Numbered from the stretch's first letter, positions 40,140 to 53,637 are shown. The stretch: DNA of 64,000 bases from Octopus bimaculoides (GCF_001194135.2 NC_068982.1:18590006-18654005), one strand, 5' to 3'. The notes: generated from the letters alone by a model not told the origin. Numbers and translations: made by a program.

Positions 40140-40864
40140 NNNNNNNNNNNNNNNNNNNNNNNNNNNNNNNNNNNNNNNNNNNNNNNNNNNNNNNNNNNNN
40201 NNNNNNNNNNNNNNNNNNNNNNNNNNNNNNNNNNNNNNNNNNNNNNNNNNNNNNNNNNNNNNNNNNNNNNNNNNNNNNNNNNNNNNNNNNNNNNNNNNNN
40301 NNNNNNNNNNNNNNNNNNNNNNNNNNNNNNNNNNNNNNNNNNNNNNNNNNNNNNNNNNNNNNNNNNNNNNNNNNNNNNNNNNNNNNNNNNNNNNNNNNNN
40401 NNNNNNNNNNNNNNNNNNNNNNNNNNNNNNNNNNNNNNNNNNNNNNNNNNNNNNNNNNNNNNNNNNNNNNNNNNNNNNNNNNNNNNNNNNNNNNNNNNNN
40501 NNNNNNNNNNNNNNNNNNNNNNNNNNNNNNNNNNNNNNNNNNNNNNNNNNNNNNNNNNNNNNNNNNNNNNNNNNNNNNNNNNNNNNNNNNNNNNNNNNNN
40601 NNNNNNNNNNNNNNNNNNNNNNNNNNNNNNNNNNNNNNNNNNNNNNNNNNNNNNNNNNNNNNNNNNNNNNNNNNNNNNNNNNNNNNNNNNNNNNNNNNNN
40701 NNNNNNNNNNNNNNNNNNNNNNNNNNNNNNNNNNNNNNNNNNNNNNNNNNNNNNNNNNNNNNNNNNNNNNNNNNNNNNNNNNNNNNNNNNNNNNNNNNNN
40801 NNNNNNNNNNNNNNNNNNNNNNNNNNNNNNNNNNNNNNNNNNNNNNNNNNNNNNNNNNNATATA

Positions 40865-41000
40865 CGATAGGCCTCTTTCAGTCTACTAAATCTATCCCTA
40901 AGGCTTTTGTCGGCTCGGTGCTATAGTAGAAATCAATTGTCCAAGGTGCGCACGCAGTGAGATTGAACCCAGAACCATGTGGTTGGGAACCAAGCTGCCA
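40865..41000 (-). mobile_element. SINE family A, 5' part
   Basis: Similar to 11860-11990 (ctatagtagaa...ccaagg...cacgcagtg.ga.tgaacccagaaccatgtgg). Confidence 0.75.
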
Positions 41001-41039
41001 CGCCTATATATAGTAACAATTTGATCAGCTTCACATTAA

Positions 41040-41260
41040 TATTGGTTTCAAAGTTCGGCAGAATAGCAAATAATTTGCTGGTGGTGGTAAATCGATTACA
41101 TGAAACCGAGTGTTCGACTGGTACCTATTTCTTCTATCCCGAAATGTTGATAGGCAACGTCGACTCCCGTGGAATTTGATCTGAAAATGCAGGGACAGAC
41201 GAAGCGCTGCTAAGCATTTAACTCGGAATGCTAACGATTCTGTCAGCTCACAGCCCTCAG
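41040..41260 (-). mobile_element. SINE family B, diverged copy
   Basis: Reverse complement: actggtacc...gtcgactcccgtggaatttga...gctaagcatt...gctaacgattctgtcagctc. Confidence 0.7.
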
Positions 41261-41344
41261 CTTCAAATTAATATCACGTAAACGTTTGCACATCTGCATT
41301 ATTAGATGCTGGATATTAGACTTTTACTCTCTCTCTTAATATAT

Positions 41345-41690
41345 ATCTCTCTCTCAATATCTCTCTCTCAATATCTCTCTCTCTCAATATCTCTCACTCT
41401 CTCAATATCTCTCTCTCTCTCTCAATTTCTCTCTCTCAATCTCTCTCTCTCTCTCAATCTCTCTCTCTCTCTCAATCTCTCTCTCTCCCTCAATCTCTCT
41501 CTATCTCTCTCTCTCTCTCTCGCTCTCTCTCTNNNNNNNNNNNNNNNNTCTCTCTCTCAATTTCTCTCTCTCAATCTCTCTCTCTCTCTCAATCTCTCTC
41601 TCTCTCTCAATCTCTCTCTCTCCCTCAATCTCTCTCTATCTCTCTCTCTCTCTCTCGCTCTCTCTCTCGCTCCCTCGCTCTCTCTTCGCT
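41345..41690. repeat. (CT)nCAAT compound microsatellite, duplicated across a small gap
   Basis: Directly visible. Confidence 0.9.
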
Positions 41691-41707
41691 CTTATGTCTT
41701 CATTGTC

Positions 41708-42075
41708 GGAGTGGCTGTGTGGTAAGTAGCTTGCCTACCAACCACATGTTTCCGGGTTCAGTCCCACTGCGTGGTACCTTGGGGCCGACCAAAGTCTTGT
41801 GAGTGGATTTGATAGATGGAAACTGAAAGAAGCCCGTCGTATATATGTGTATATGTATGTTTGTGTATATGATTGCGTGTCTGTGTTTGCCTCCCTCCCC
41901 AACATCGCTTGACAACAGATGCTAGTGTGTTTACGTCCCCGTAACTTTGCCGTTCGGCAAGAAAGACCGATAGAATAATTACTAGGCTTCCAAAGAATAA
42001 ATCGTGGGTTCGATTTCCTCGACTAAAGGTAGTGCTCCAGCATGGCCACAGTCAAATGACTGAAACAAGTAAAAG
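41708..42075 (+). mobile_element. SINE family A, near-complete copy
   Basis: tRNA-like head ggagtggctgtgtggtaag...gggttcagtcc and 3' end gctccagcatggccacagtcaaatgactgaaacaagtaaaag. Homologous copies occur elsewhere in the window. Confidence 0.85.
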
Positions 42076-42749
42076 TGTATATATATATATATATATATCT
42101 AGAGAGAGAGAATTATTATTAAAATCATAATTAAGGGTATCTAAAATATACCACCTTGCTAGAGATAGCAGTCAAAACTTGACTCTAAAACCATATCACG
42201 TATCCATACAGCACCAGGAGAAAAGACAAAGAGACAAATAAACTGGCAAAAAATTATTGGATAATCCCCGATCCGGAGCAATATGATTATTGGCTTACTT
42301 TCATACTGCATACAATTCAAAATATTTATTTTATACTTTCTTACAATTTCATTTTAATATATTTTCGATAATATTATTCATGTCTACGTGTGAATTTCCT
42401 GGGACATATTTATTGCACATAATTTAGATAAGTTTATCAAAATATCCATTGTTTAAAATGCCACACACCAGTATGTCATTCGTTCTAATCTTGAGTTTCA
42501 TTCCTTTGTTATGTACTTATCTTCTGTGTGTTTTTATATAGAAAAATGACACAGGTTGGTAAGAAACTCTGATCAATGAAGCTGTGAACTATCTGCTTTG
42601 TAAGAATAGAATGAAGAGTCATATGCCTATATAAATATTAGAGGTAAACGACGCAAGATATTGGAACACGATGAAGTGACCTCTACATCATCTAACTACA
42701 ATATGGCATTCGTTTGCAAGAAATAATGGATCTCTTCCTCTTTTAGTAA

Positions 42750-42962
42750 TACTGGTTTAAAATGTGGCACAGGGCCAGCGTTTCATGGGCTGGGTCAATC
42801 GATTAGATTTACGACAATGCTAAACTGTTGCATAATTTATCGACTCAGGGAGTATAAAAGGTAAAGTCGACATCAGTGGGATTTGATCTTAGAACGCAAA
42901 GACGGACGAACTACCGCTCAGCACTTTGCCCCGTGTACTAACTATTCTGCTAGCTCACCGCT
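42750..42962 (-). mobile_element. SINE family B, diverged copy
   Basis: aatttatcgac...aaaggtaaagtcgac...ggatttgatcttagaacg...ttctgctagctcaccg. Confidence 0.7.
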
Positions 42963-43959
42963 TTCTGCTTTAGCCATATTACAGAATGTTTATGCTGAAT
43001 TGTCTCATTGTGAGATGACTGAACTTACATTAAATTCAGGAAAGGGTATAATGGAGTAACGAAAACGGCGGAGTGTCTGTGGAAAAAATACTCTGAGAAA
43101 AGAATGCTTACAGGGTAGAGACGAATATGCCGTCTAAATGAATGGAATCGTTTTTGTGTGTGGCACATTCTTCTGAAATATTTTACAGATGCTTACTTCA
43201 TTTGGCATAAATATAATGGTGTAATGGGAAAAGTGAAGAAAAGGACAAAAATAAGACACATAAATACATCTTTACATTTGATAGAGAGCGCTAAATATGC
43301 AATCACAAATTTATTTCAGTATGAAAGTGAAACAGAATTAGTGATGTCAAATGTATCATATATTTGAAGACTTTTAACAGAGAAGTCAAATGTTTCGTCC
43401 AAATATATCATGTGCATGTATGCACGTATATATGTGCCACTGATTAGTTTTATTTCAAGATTTCTTGCGAATAGAGAAAGAATCGGTTTCGAATCTAGAT
43501 TCAAGGGTCCTTCATTAGAATTTCAACATCAAGAACAGGGTATTTTGTTTGTATGTATGTCTGTATATGTACATATTTCTATGTTTTGTTTTATGTATGC
43601 ATTTCCATGCTTATAATTGCATATCTAGACATGTTCATATATGTAGATGATAAATTTCTGGAAAATGTTACAAATTTTTACTGTTCAAGTGAGGGATTGG
43701 ATCTGTAGACTTCGAATTATCCTTCTCCTTTTTGGCTTTCAGAAGCCTAGGATGTATGTATGTATGTATGTATGTATGTATGTATGTATGTATGTATGTA
43801 TGCATGCATGTATGTATGTATGTATGTATCTATGTATGCATGTATATATGTATGTATGTCTCTTCTCATATTTAATTATCATAGTCGTTCTACTGAGCAG
43901 GGAACCGGTCTCCAACGAAAATATAAGTCTTCACTTTGCGATGTAGTTAACACAGATAA

Positions 43960-44985
43960 ATTCACATATGGAACTTGAGAAAAGTGTTGCATATTTTTAC
44001 TGTTCCACTGACATGTTGCACTTATAATGTACGAATTAGGCGGTCGATTTCTTTGTCCGAAAGTGCAGTTTATCCAGATCCTCGTTTAAGCATTTACTAA
44101 TGAACCCTAGTGTTCCAATTATTATTGGTATGTATATGAATTCATAGCCTGGATATAAAGCTGGAGGTTTCGAAGCAGTTGTCTACAGATATCTTCTTTT
44201 TCTTTGATTTTCAAGGAGATATTTATATCTGTAGGGCAGCTGACCTCTATGATGGTACATACCTTTACCTNNNNNNNNNNNNNNNNNNNNNNNNNNNNNN
44301 NNNNNNNNNNNNNNNNNNNNNNNNNNNNNNNNNNNNNNNNNNNNNNNNNNNNNNNNNNNNNNNNNNNNNNNNNNNNNNNNNNNNNNNNNNNNNNNNNNNN
44401 NNNNNNNNNNNNNNNNNNNNNNNNNNNNNNNNNNNNNNNNNNNNNNNNNNNNNNNNNNNNNNNNNNNNNNNNNNNNGGAGATATTTATATCTGTAGGGCA
44501 GCTGACCTCTATGATGGTACATACCTTTACCTTTTTGTCCCAAACAACAATATCCAGCCTGTTATGCTTACATTTGACAGAAGTTTTGCCTTGAGTTGGT
44601 GTTTCTAAATGCGCTCCATAATAGAGGTATAGTCCTTTTAGCGGATGACATTGCAAATTGTTTTAGCAACAACATCGTTTTTCATAGGGAGGTAGTACCG
44701 TGACGACATTTTAGAACAGCTGATAATCACATGCGTGATATCTTCTACAGAAACATGACATGGCCTACTTATGCGTTTACAAATTCGTCTTACAAGAGCG
44801 CCACTGTCTCTGTTGTTCACCAGGTACTTTGTGGATATCATTTGTTCCTGGATTGCAAACACATATCTTTCAAAGTATGATGTGATTTAGTTGTCTTGTC
44901 GTCGTGTCAATTCTGCTGTTTTCTTCAAGCTTCCGGGCAACATACCCATGCACAGTAATTTTTTTTTGGTATGGTGAATGCTTTA
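43960..44985 (-). mobile_element. R4/Dong-clade non-LTR retrotransposon 3' fragment (CCHC finger and RLE)
   Basis: Translation FAIQEQMISTKYL...EDITHVIISCSKMSSRYYLPMKNDVVAK, KCKHNRLDIVVWDKKVKVCTIIEVSCPTDINIS, and C-terminal PIIIGTLGFISKCL...SGTVKICNTFLKF. Confidence 0.88.
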
Positions 44986-45958
44986 CATTCAGATTTGTAT
45001 GTATGTATGCATGTATGTATGTATGTATGTACGTAAGTGTATAGGTATTGTCAGTCAGGTTGGTAATATTGTGCCTGAAGAAGTTTAATTAAAATTTGCA
45101 ACTTACTTGTGGAGATAAAAGCCAAATATTGTAGCAATTAATACCCATCCACAAAGATAACGGGATAACGTGTCAAGGTACTAAGATTTAATTTGATATC
45201 AAATATAATTGTCAGGTGTAATGGTTAATCAGACGTTCTTCAGGTGGAAATGTGACAGCTACAGAAACGGTACTGACATAGACTCATACGGTCAACATTG
45301 TATTCTCACCTCTGCTTTCATTTTGCATGAAGGAAACGTTTTCTTCACCATATAAATAGAATAATTTGACGTAGTAGGCACAGGGGAGTACCGCTATTAT
45401 TTATGTATTCAATGCTACCTTTGAAAACCATATGTTATGTTTTTAATAGTATCAATTGAAGATAATTGAGCATTGCTTTGCTAAAATGTAATTTGAATCA
45501 AGAAATTACCATAATGAAAATTATTGATTAATAACCACCTACGTTGACGCAAGTTAGTCAATATGAATGTATTCCTAGCATCGAAATGTAATGGAGGTTA
45601 CATAGATACATTTACAAAATGTTATGTATTTTAGCTAAAGGCTTCCTGATTACCAAACTCTTATAAGAAGGAGGGTAGAAATTAGGAAATATACAGACGT
45701 TTTATTTATAAATAATAGAACGTGAAGTTATTGTAACGATATTGTTCTGTGTTTCCATTATGTAGGAATAGTATACTAATAACACCGCAAAGTTTTCCTT
45801 TTGGAACTCGTCAATTAAATTATTTTAATTGAGCATTCAATGAATACCTCATGGAATAATAAATAAACGTATAATGTTCTGCCCACATAAGATTATGACA
45901 GATGCCCCCAGTAGAAAATACACGGCATACACTCACACAAACACATAACCTTCATATG

Positions 45959-45991
<33 letters not shown>

Positions 45992-46186
45992 ATCTATCTA
46001 TTGATGGATAAATAGATAAATAGATAGATATGTAGATAGAAACATAGATAGATGGATAGATAGATAGATAGACAGATAGATAGATAAATAGACTGACTGA
46101 TAGTTAGACGTAGATATCTTGTTGTGTCTTAGAAGTGGTATTATGCCAATAATGAAAACACATGCAGATAGATAAATAAATAGATC

Positions 46187-46227
<41 letters not shown>

Positions 46228-48234
46228 AGTATAGAAAATTTTCACTTTAAATTTGACGTATGGGAAGTTGACAATTGTCCCCTGTTTAACATGGTCTCAA
46301 TTAGCAACAGCGAATGTAACATGTAATAAACTCGTAATATACAGTTTTATAGTATTCAATTTACCGTATGCAAAGAAGATAGAGAAAAACAAGGAAAGAG
46401 AAATGACTGGTAACATGAACGTAGTTTAAAAAAAACAAACAAAAAAAAAACAATGGTGAATATTTTGTACCTCGGCGTCGTAAATATATCGTTGGCAAAA
46501 GGGCATGTACAGAAATGTAATTTATATTAAACTGAGCAAATATATGTACGCATAAAAAAAAGACAAATAACGAATCAAGTTCAATGATTGTGTCTCGTAA
46601 CTGCTAAGAAATACTAATATTGTTATAACAAATCGGCTATACCAAGTTACTGCCATAGTTATTCTATTGTCAATTATTTTAATTCATTCCGTTAAATGCC
46701 TCTTGGAAAAAAGCGAATGCAAAGTAAATATAAGTAGACTTGAGGAAATAGGTGTAAAATTGTGTCACGTTTCCTTAGTGCACTTAATCTTTTTCATGTT
46801 GTTATTTCTTTATTTTATTTTATTTTAGTTGAGCTGTGTTTTAGTCGTGATTGTTTATGCGATGCAAAATCGAGTTATCATTATTTTTTTTCCTATTGTT
46901 TTGTTTATGTGAATATTGTATGTTATCATCACACCATGTTATTTTTATAAACAATATCTATTCAATCAATACAAAGATGTTATAAAATAAATATTAGCTA
47001 CACTTATTGGAGCCTGAATTATATCCCTATCATCTACTTAACGACTCAGTGTTGATACGGATTCAGTTATTTTGATTGGTTATATTTATTAGGTAATTTT
47101 AATTTACTTTATTTCCTGTTTCCTTAGGGAGCGTTTTATTTTTCACTCTATAATTTGTTATCTAGTCCGGAACTGTCTTAGTTATAAACAGTATTTTATT
47201 TATTGTTAATGTGATTTCATTTGTTTACAGAATCCTATATACTGTAAATTACATGTCTTCAGTACATAATAGAGCTATATATCTGTTTATTCTTTGTATG
47301 TGAAAAACTGTTGTTTTGGCTATATGTTTTTTTGTGTCCGTTTTGATTATTGCTGTTGCTGCTATTATTATCGCAATGTCTCCGAGTTCAATCCCATAAT
47401 TCTGCATCTGTGTATGTTCAGTTTTCTCAAAATAGATACGTCGATTTTGAGTCATCATTTTATCTGGACGTTCTTATTCAAAAATATCTGGACGTCTGTT
47501 TTTATTCGACCTGAAGCTAATCTCTGATAACCTGAAAGCCCTATGATGAACTTCTCTATAAGTACTTCGTTTTATTCAATGCTTTCTAGTAGAAGAACAC
47601 TCTTAAGTGCTCTTTGTATTCACAGGACTGCCAGAAAAAGCACAGTAGATTGACACTTTGCAGTTCTCATATAACTTTAATATATTTCCCTCTCTTTTAC
47701 TCTTTTCATATCCCTCTACCTTTCTTTAATCATACCCTTCTAGATTGGAAATAAGAAAACTTTATTCCTGTGTAGTAAATGTGCAGACGTTCTCTCCTGT
47801 AAACGCGACGTTAACAGTTACTGATAATATGGTTACTGCTTTTGATTATTCACTACCTTGTTAATCACATTGCATGATAAATAGTGTATTCTCTCGAGAT
47901 GTTAAATGTATAGGACATAGTTATAAATTATGCAGTGGCATGGAAGCATAATAATCCTCACGCTTGCGATTATATCCTTTCTCGTTGAATTGAGAAGTAA
48001 GTTTCAGACTTGTATTAAGAATTGTGATCATTTTAATGCCGGTTGTCATTTTAGCTGTTCCTATAAATATGGAATTTCACAAGCTGTAATTTATTGTGCC
48101 AGTTTATGTAACAAATACAAATGAATTTTCTGTATTTCAAATCTAGGCAGCCTATACAGGTTTCGTTTGCATGTTTACCACTGTTTATTTTGAAATGATT
48201 ATATTAGCTATAATCGATGTTATTTGTGCTGGAT

Positions 48235-48390
48235 AATACGCTTAGTAACAATTCTTTCGATTTTACGTTCTGAGTTCAAATGCAGCAGCATACGACTTTG
48301 CATTTCAACGTTTTGGGGTTCATAAAATAGACACTAGTCAAATACTGGAGTCAACATACATTAACTTGCTCCTCCTACAAAATTGTCAGC
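48235..48390 (+). mobile_element. SINE family B, diverged fragment
   Basis: ttacgttctgagttcaaat...gactttgcatttc...ggggttcataaaat. Confidence 0.6.
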
Positions 48391-48404
48391 GTTGTTCCAA
48401 CACA

Positions 48405-48407
<3 letters not shown>

Positions 48408-48463
<56 letters not shown>

Positions 48464-49062
48464 GAATGATAGGGCAGTGCATGCCATCAAAGTGACACTG
48501 GGGTAAAATATACGAAGCCCAATATACCCATCATGATTACCCGTCTGATAAGTGTACACCAGGCACATGCATCACAACCATATGTGCGCGATATGGTGAT
48601 TTCATATCAAGATAAACAGCGCATGACCTCGCACTTAGAATTTTCTTCAGGTCAAGTTGCCCATCCCACTCAAGAGGTCCCTGAATAAGGTTTGTTTAAG
48701 GATGTTGAGCAAAACACCCATGTTTCCAAAGGTGAATTATTCAAACTCCAAAGAATTCCTCTCAACACATGGCTATGATGCTCCCCCACTACTTCTGCTC
48801 ATGATCAGAGATGCACATATCGTCAACCACCAAGGCACATGCTCAACTGGTCAAGGTCAAACAACTGACAAGCAAATCTTTGGTATTCAGCAGAATATTT
48901 CCTGTAGACCATCTTTTATACCAAGACAAAACAATATACATAACACTTCCAATCAATTAAGATCAGAAGCCATGAGAGCCACTGCCTAGTACTGCATCCG
49001 GGTATAATTAACGTTCCCATGCTGAGAATTGAACCCGGGCTGCCTGGGTGAAATCCAGGAAT
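48408..49062 (-). mobile_element. tRNA-Glu-headed SINE-like element (~600 bp) with an (AAT)n tail
   Basis: The 3' two-thirds of tRNA-Glu(TTC) lies at 49014-49062, directly followed by a ~530 bp body and (AAT)n. Related copies are at 6045-6270 and 52205-52310. Confidence 0.7.
49014..49062 (-). pseudogene. tRNA-Glu(TTC)-derived sequence, 5' part missing (SINE head)
   Basis: Minus strand: attcctgg-atTTCac-ccaggcagcccggg-ttcaatt-ctcagcatgggaa. The anticodon stem cctgg/ccagg and the T-arm are recognisable. The D-arm and the 5' acceptor strand are absent. Confidence 0.75.
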
Positions 49063-50888
49063 TCTTCTTCTTCTTCTTCTTCTTCTTCTTATTATTATTA
49101 TTATATTATTATTGTTGTTGTTGTTGTTGTTGTTACTATTATCATTATTAAATTTCACAGTGCTCCACTCTACCTTTCATTCTTTCGGGCTCAATAAAAT
49201 ACGTTCCAATTCGATGTAATAAACTTACCTTCTTCACTGAAGTTGCTGACTTTGTACCAACATTTGAAGTCATTGTTGATATTGTTGTTGATGTTGAGGG
49301 CGTTTTTCCTTTTCATGTCTTGGTTGCTGATTTTCGTTTATATTGCCGCTGTCGTAGTTCGTGTTGCTGATTTCTTGTCCATTCCGTTTTTTTTGGCTCC
49401 ATTTATAGATAATTTGTCTTATGTTAAAAGAATTGAATTATTTTAAACTGATGTCATATTTACCCACAGAGACAGAACGACAAACGCACACTCATTCACA
49501 CAGACATACACAAGATTTGCTCCACATCTTCTCTAGTAGCCGAGTTTCAACAAAAAAAGTTTGAAAAAAACACACGTCCAGGTTTAGATTTCTTACAGAA
49601 CTCTCTAGTAACTGAAAAAAAATCTATCAAAGGCCTTAAATTCTAGCGTTTTTACAAATCATCTCACAATAAGAAGGACAAGAAGTAATATATTTACGCT
49701 TTGCCACTTGCATGAGTATTTTCACCAATGAGCAATCGCGTATAGCTAACGCTGACCCAATGAAGGGAGTTACTTCTGTTAGGAGAAGTTGAGGATATGA
49801 CAAAATAACGTTCACATAAAAAAATCTAGGCTGGGGATTAAAATGCACACCTCTTAATTTGGTTACACAACGGTATGGATCAAAGTAGCATATGATTTGC
49901 CATTAAAGACATAATATGTGACCCTGTTTTGCAATTATTCTCGTGTTGCAATTTGGGTAAGTTTTCAGCGTCTATGTAATTATATGTCATGTGAATTTGG
50001 CTTGGATTATCACAGTATAGAGTAGCTTCTTATTTCTCATAAGCACAAAGAATTTCAAAACAGTACAATGCAATGTATATCGAAAGGAGTTATTTATACT
50101 GCTGATATAGTGTCAAATGCTACCCTTAGGAGATTAAGATTGTTTTATGAGGTTACACTCCAGAAGATGTGTAAAAAAAAAGAAAAAAGAAAAAAAACCC
50201 AAAACAACTATAGATCAAAGGGACTAGTTTTCAATGTACAAATGTGTTGATGCCCGAGAAAATCGCCTCATTGTTTATTTTTGGACTTAACCAGGAGCTT
50301 GACAAACTCTCTCAAAGCCGCATCCGACATTAAAATTGGACGTCAGAAATTGCGATACATCAAAAGAATCTACAACAGCAAACACCATTGATTGCAACTG
50401 GACAAAGGAACGATATACTTGCCTACCGTTAACGCTGTAGGAGAGTGATAACACTAAGCCTCATCTCAGCAATACCGCAACATCATTGAAAAACATATGC
50501 AGCTAACGGGAACCATAGGAAAGAAAAAAGAAAACAAAGCACAAACAAGTGAAGGAATGAACAAATATCAGAGATCAACTATATTAGAAATTTTCAAGAA
50601 CGGTGCAGGTCAATGTTAAACTTCGCTGCTTGTGTAAATACACAATCATCGATAAAAACAACACGAAATGGTTTACTTAAAGAATGAGCTATAGGAGATA
50701 CGCCATCCAAATACATGGATCGATGATGATTTGTTTGTTCATAACTTCCCGCAAAATAGATGCGGAATAGACAGAATATGATGCAAGGTGACCTTGTTGT
50801 AAGGTGATTTGACACAGCCTGTTCAGTGGGTTTTCGCCCGTATATGGCGGCATAATAATGATTTTTGATGTCGTTGACGTTGTTATCG

Positions 50889-50924
<36 letters not shown>

Positions 50925-51964
50925 CCATCATCATATTAAAGTTGTTATTGCTACCATTACCATATCGTTTTCGCTGCATAAAGCAAAATCTACTCAGTTT
51001 TCAAAGGAATTGGCTACCTGAATGAATCGTTCTAGTCACACGGTTAGTCACTGATTAGTTAGGTTTAATGTATCTTATGCCTGTGGTATCACAGGGTAAA
51101 TCGCTAAAGTAAATGGAGGTACTGAATAGTTTCCTTTTTTTTAACTGAAACACGAACATTCTGTGTCGATTTCTGCTTGCAGGCATCCACCTAAATGCGT
51201 TAATACGTCAGACACGTCAAGCTTTGAAGATGACCAGTGAAGTTTTAGCCATGCATTTCGTCAGGCCAGCACTTGGGTAACTTGAGATTCTATCTTAGTC
51301 ATCCGTCAACCAGCTGCTGCGGATTTTAGATGTGCAGACATGATTGGCCCTTGTCAGGCACAGTCTCATAAAAATATTTTTCTGACGCTGCTGCAGTTTT
51401 TGATAAGACGACGACCAAAACCGAACGTCTGGCTTTCCAGACGCATTTCAGCGGTTTTTTGTTCCCAGTCCTCTAATAGTAAGACGGTTGGGCTTAAACA
51501 ACTCATATGTTCGTATTTTATATCGACCTTATTAGTAGGAAACTGAGAATAAGAACACGGGTATCTTTTAGCGACGAAACTCTCTATTCTACTTTCTCTG
51601 CTTATATATGTCTTTCTTTTCGAAGACTAGAAGTGACTTGCAGTGTTCTCTAGTCCGATACTGCTATGAATAGGGTCCTGTTTTCAGCAAACTCACCATT
51701 CATGGAATTTCCATCAACTACGACTTCCCTAAATGAATAGACTCTTCTGCGGTTATTTACTCAATGGCCACTCTTTGCTGGGTAACGACAGTTTCGAAAC
51801 ACCTGTAAGTCCACGCAAGTATAATCTAGATATCGGCCGATTCTATCGAGTAGCTCATCGGCTTATTTTGTTTAGAAATGCAGCTTCACTTTCTGCAGTG
51901 GCTCTGGTGAAAAACTACGGATAATTAAGCAGCATAAAGGAGCATACTATCTATCAACGAAGGT

Positions 51965-52200
51965 TATGCATGTGTTTGTGTATGTATGTGTGTGTGCATG
52001 TATGCATGCTCGTGTGTACGTGTTTGTGTGTTTGTCCCTCCCCACTGCTTGACAATCGGTGTCGGTGTGTTTACATCCCCGTAACTTAGCGGTTCGGCAT
52101 ACACATTGACAGAATAAATACCAGGCTTAAAAGAAGAGTACTGGGGTTGATTCATTAGACCAAAAATTACTCAAGGGGATTCCCCAGTATGGCAAGAACA
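51965..52200 (+). mobile_element. SINE family A, 3' part
   Basis: gcttgacaatcggtgtcggtgtgtttacatccccgtaacttagcggttcggca matches 41905-41960. Confidence 0.75.
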
Positions 52201-52204
52201 AGAC

Positions 52205-52310
52205 ACACCTGTGGTATTGACCAGAACATTTGCTTTAGATCATCTTTTATACGAAGACAAAACGTACAAGATAACACATCAAAACGTGACAATCAAATCT
52301 GTGGTATTGC
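52205..52310 (-). mobile_element. Fragment of the tRNA-Glu SINE body
   Basis: tgtggtattgaccagaacatttgc...catcttttatac.aagacaaaac matches 48880-48935. Confidence 0.55.
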
Positions 52311-52326
52311 GTTATTATTATTATCA

Positions 52327-52393
<67 letters not shown>

Positions 52394-53084
52394 TATTATT
52401 ATTATTAGTAGTAGTATGGAGTATCCTGATTTAGAAATTGCATGTGGTATGAACAGGATTAATAAATTCTGAATGCTATTAGTTGTAGGAGAAATCATCT
52501 TTTTTCGCATAAAAATGTCAATCGGCCAAGGAAGGAGAAAGGAATATAAATGTATTATCGTGAAAGTAATTCTCTACTATCATAAAATCAATTCTGTAAT
52601 CATCTCACCTATTCTTGTAAATATTTCACTCCATTGTGAACAGCATTTCACCGAGAGCTGGTTATGTTAATAAACGTATAATTCTGTTTGTCATTGCTGT
52701 ACGTACTTAATCTTCAATCAATTAAATTGACAGAATATATACCCCAAGTGTTTATCTACAATCTATTTCACACTGTTACATATATAACTTTTGTAATATA
52801 AATACAGGTGTCATTTTGCTTGTGGATACAAATCTAATAATGACATTTGTTATTTCAATGTGATTAAAATCGACGAACTTACGAGATATTGCAGAAGTTT
52901 CATTTATATTTCATATTATATAGCCTTGATAACAGTATTTTATGTCGTATATTTCAAATTTTAATAGCATACATTTAGCTGCATTCAATATTATAAATAT
53001 ATCTAGCGTATTGATTGTAATACACATGATTGTGAACCTAGTTAGTAATTGCGTAAATTTTTGTCACTTTTAAAAATTGTTTTC

Positions 53085-53280
53085 AACTTTTGGCAGAAGG
53101 TTATCAATCTCACGGGAGGGGGTGAGTCGATTAGAATAAGTACTTGACTGGTATTTATTTTATTGACTAGGAAGTATGAAAGGCAAACTCGATGTCAACG
53201 GAATTTGAACGCAGAACGTGATGACGGGCGAAACGCTACTAAACATTATACCCAGTGTACTAATTATTCTGCCAGCTCTT
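53085..53280 (-). mobile_element. SINE family B, diverged copy
   Basis: gactggtattta...gaaaggcaaactcga...ggaatttgaacgcagaacgt...ttctgccagctc. Confidence 0.65.
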
Positions 53281-53394
53281 CGTTTGCGATGCTTTTTTCA
53301 AAACATAAACAGATTGTGATAAAAAATACACGCTGTTTAGATATCTTCTTCCATCGCTGCTCTTCCCATAAAAAAAAAACAATAAATGCGCCAT

Positions 53395-53637
53395 TTTAAA
53401 GCCTAGTAAGGGTCATGGGCCCGGTTTCAATGGCGCATGCATTCTGCAGCTGGACGGGACGTCAGTCCATCGCAGCGTTACTCATTTTTGCCAGCTGAGT
53501 GGACTGGAGTGGACTGAGTGGACTGGAGCAACGCGAAATGAAGTGTCTTGCTCAAGAACATGATGCGTCTCCGGTCCAGGAATCGAAACCATAATCTTAC
53601 AATCATGGTGCTGACACCCTAACTACTAAGCCACAGA
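53395..53637 (-). mobile_element. tRNA-derived SINE
   Basis: Reverse complement of a tRNA-like head (tggcttagtagttaggg...ggtttcgattcctgg), followed by the gtgtcttgctcaag domain. Confidence 0.75.

Noticed and set aside
41410-41660. Same compound CT/CAAT pattern on both sides of a 16-N gap
   Set aside because: Probably a scaffolding overlap inside a microsatellite.
44215-44532. Identical ~55 bp block on both sides of an N gap in the R4 element
   Set aside because: Typical unmerged contig overlap, an assembly artefact rather than a biological duplication.
49230-49420. Strong minus-strand donor AAG|GTAAGT after a Ser/Thr-rich stretch
   Set aside because: All three frames contain stops after the only plausible acceptor, and the donor 8-mer is expected by chance at this window size.
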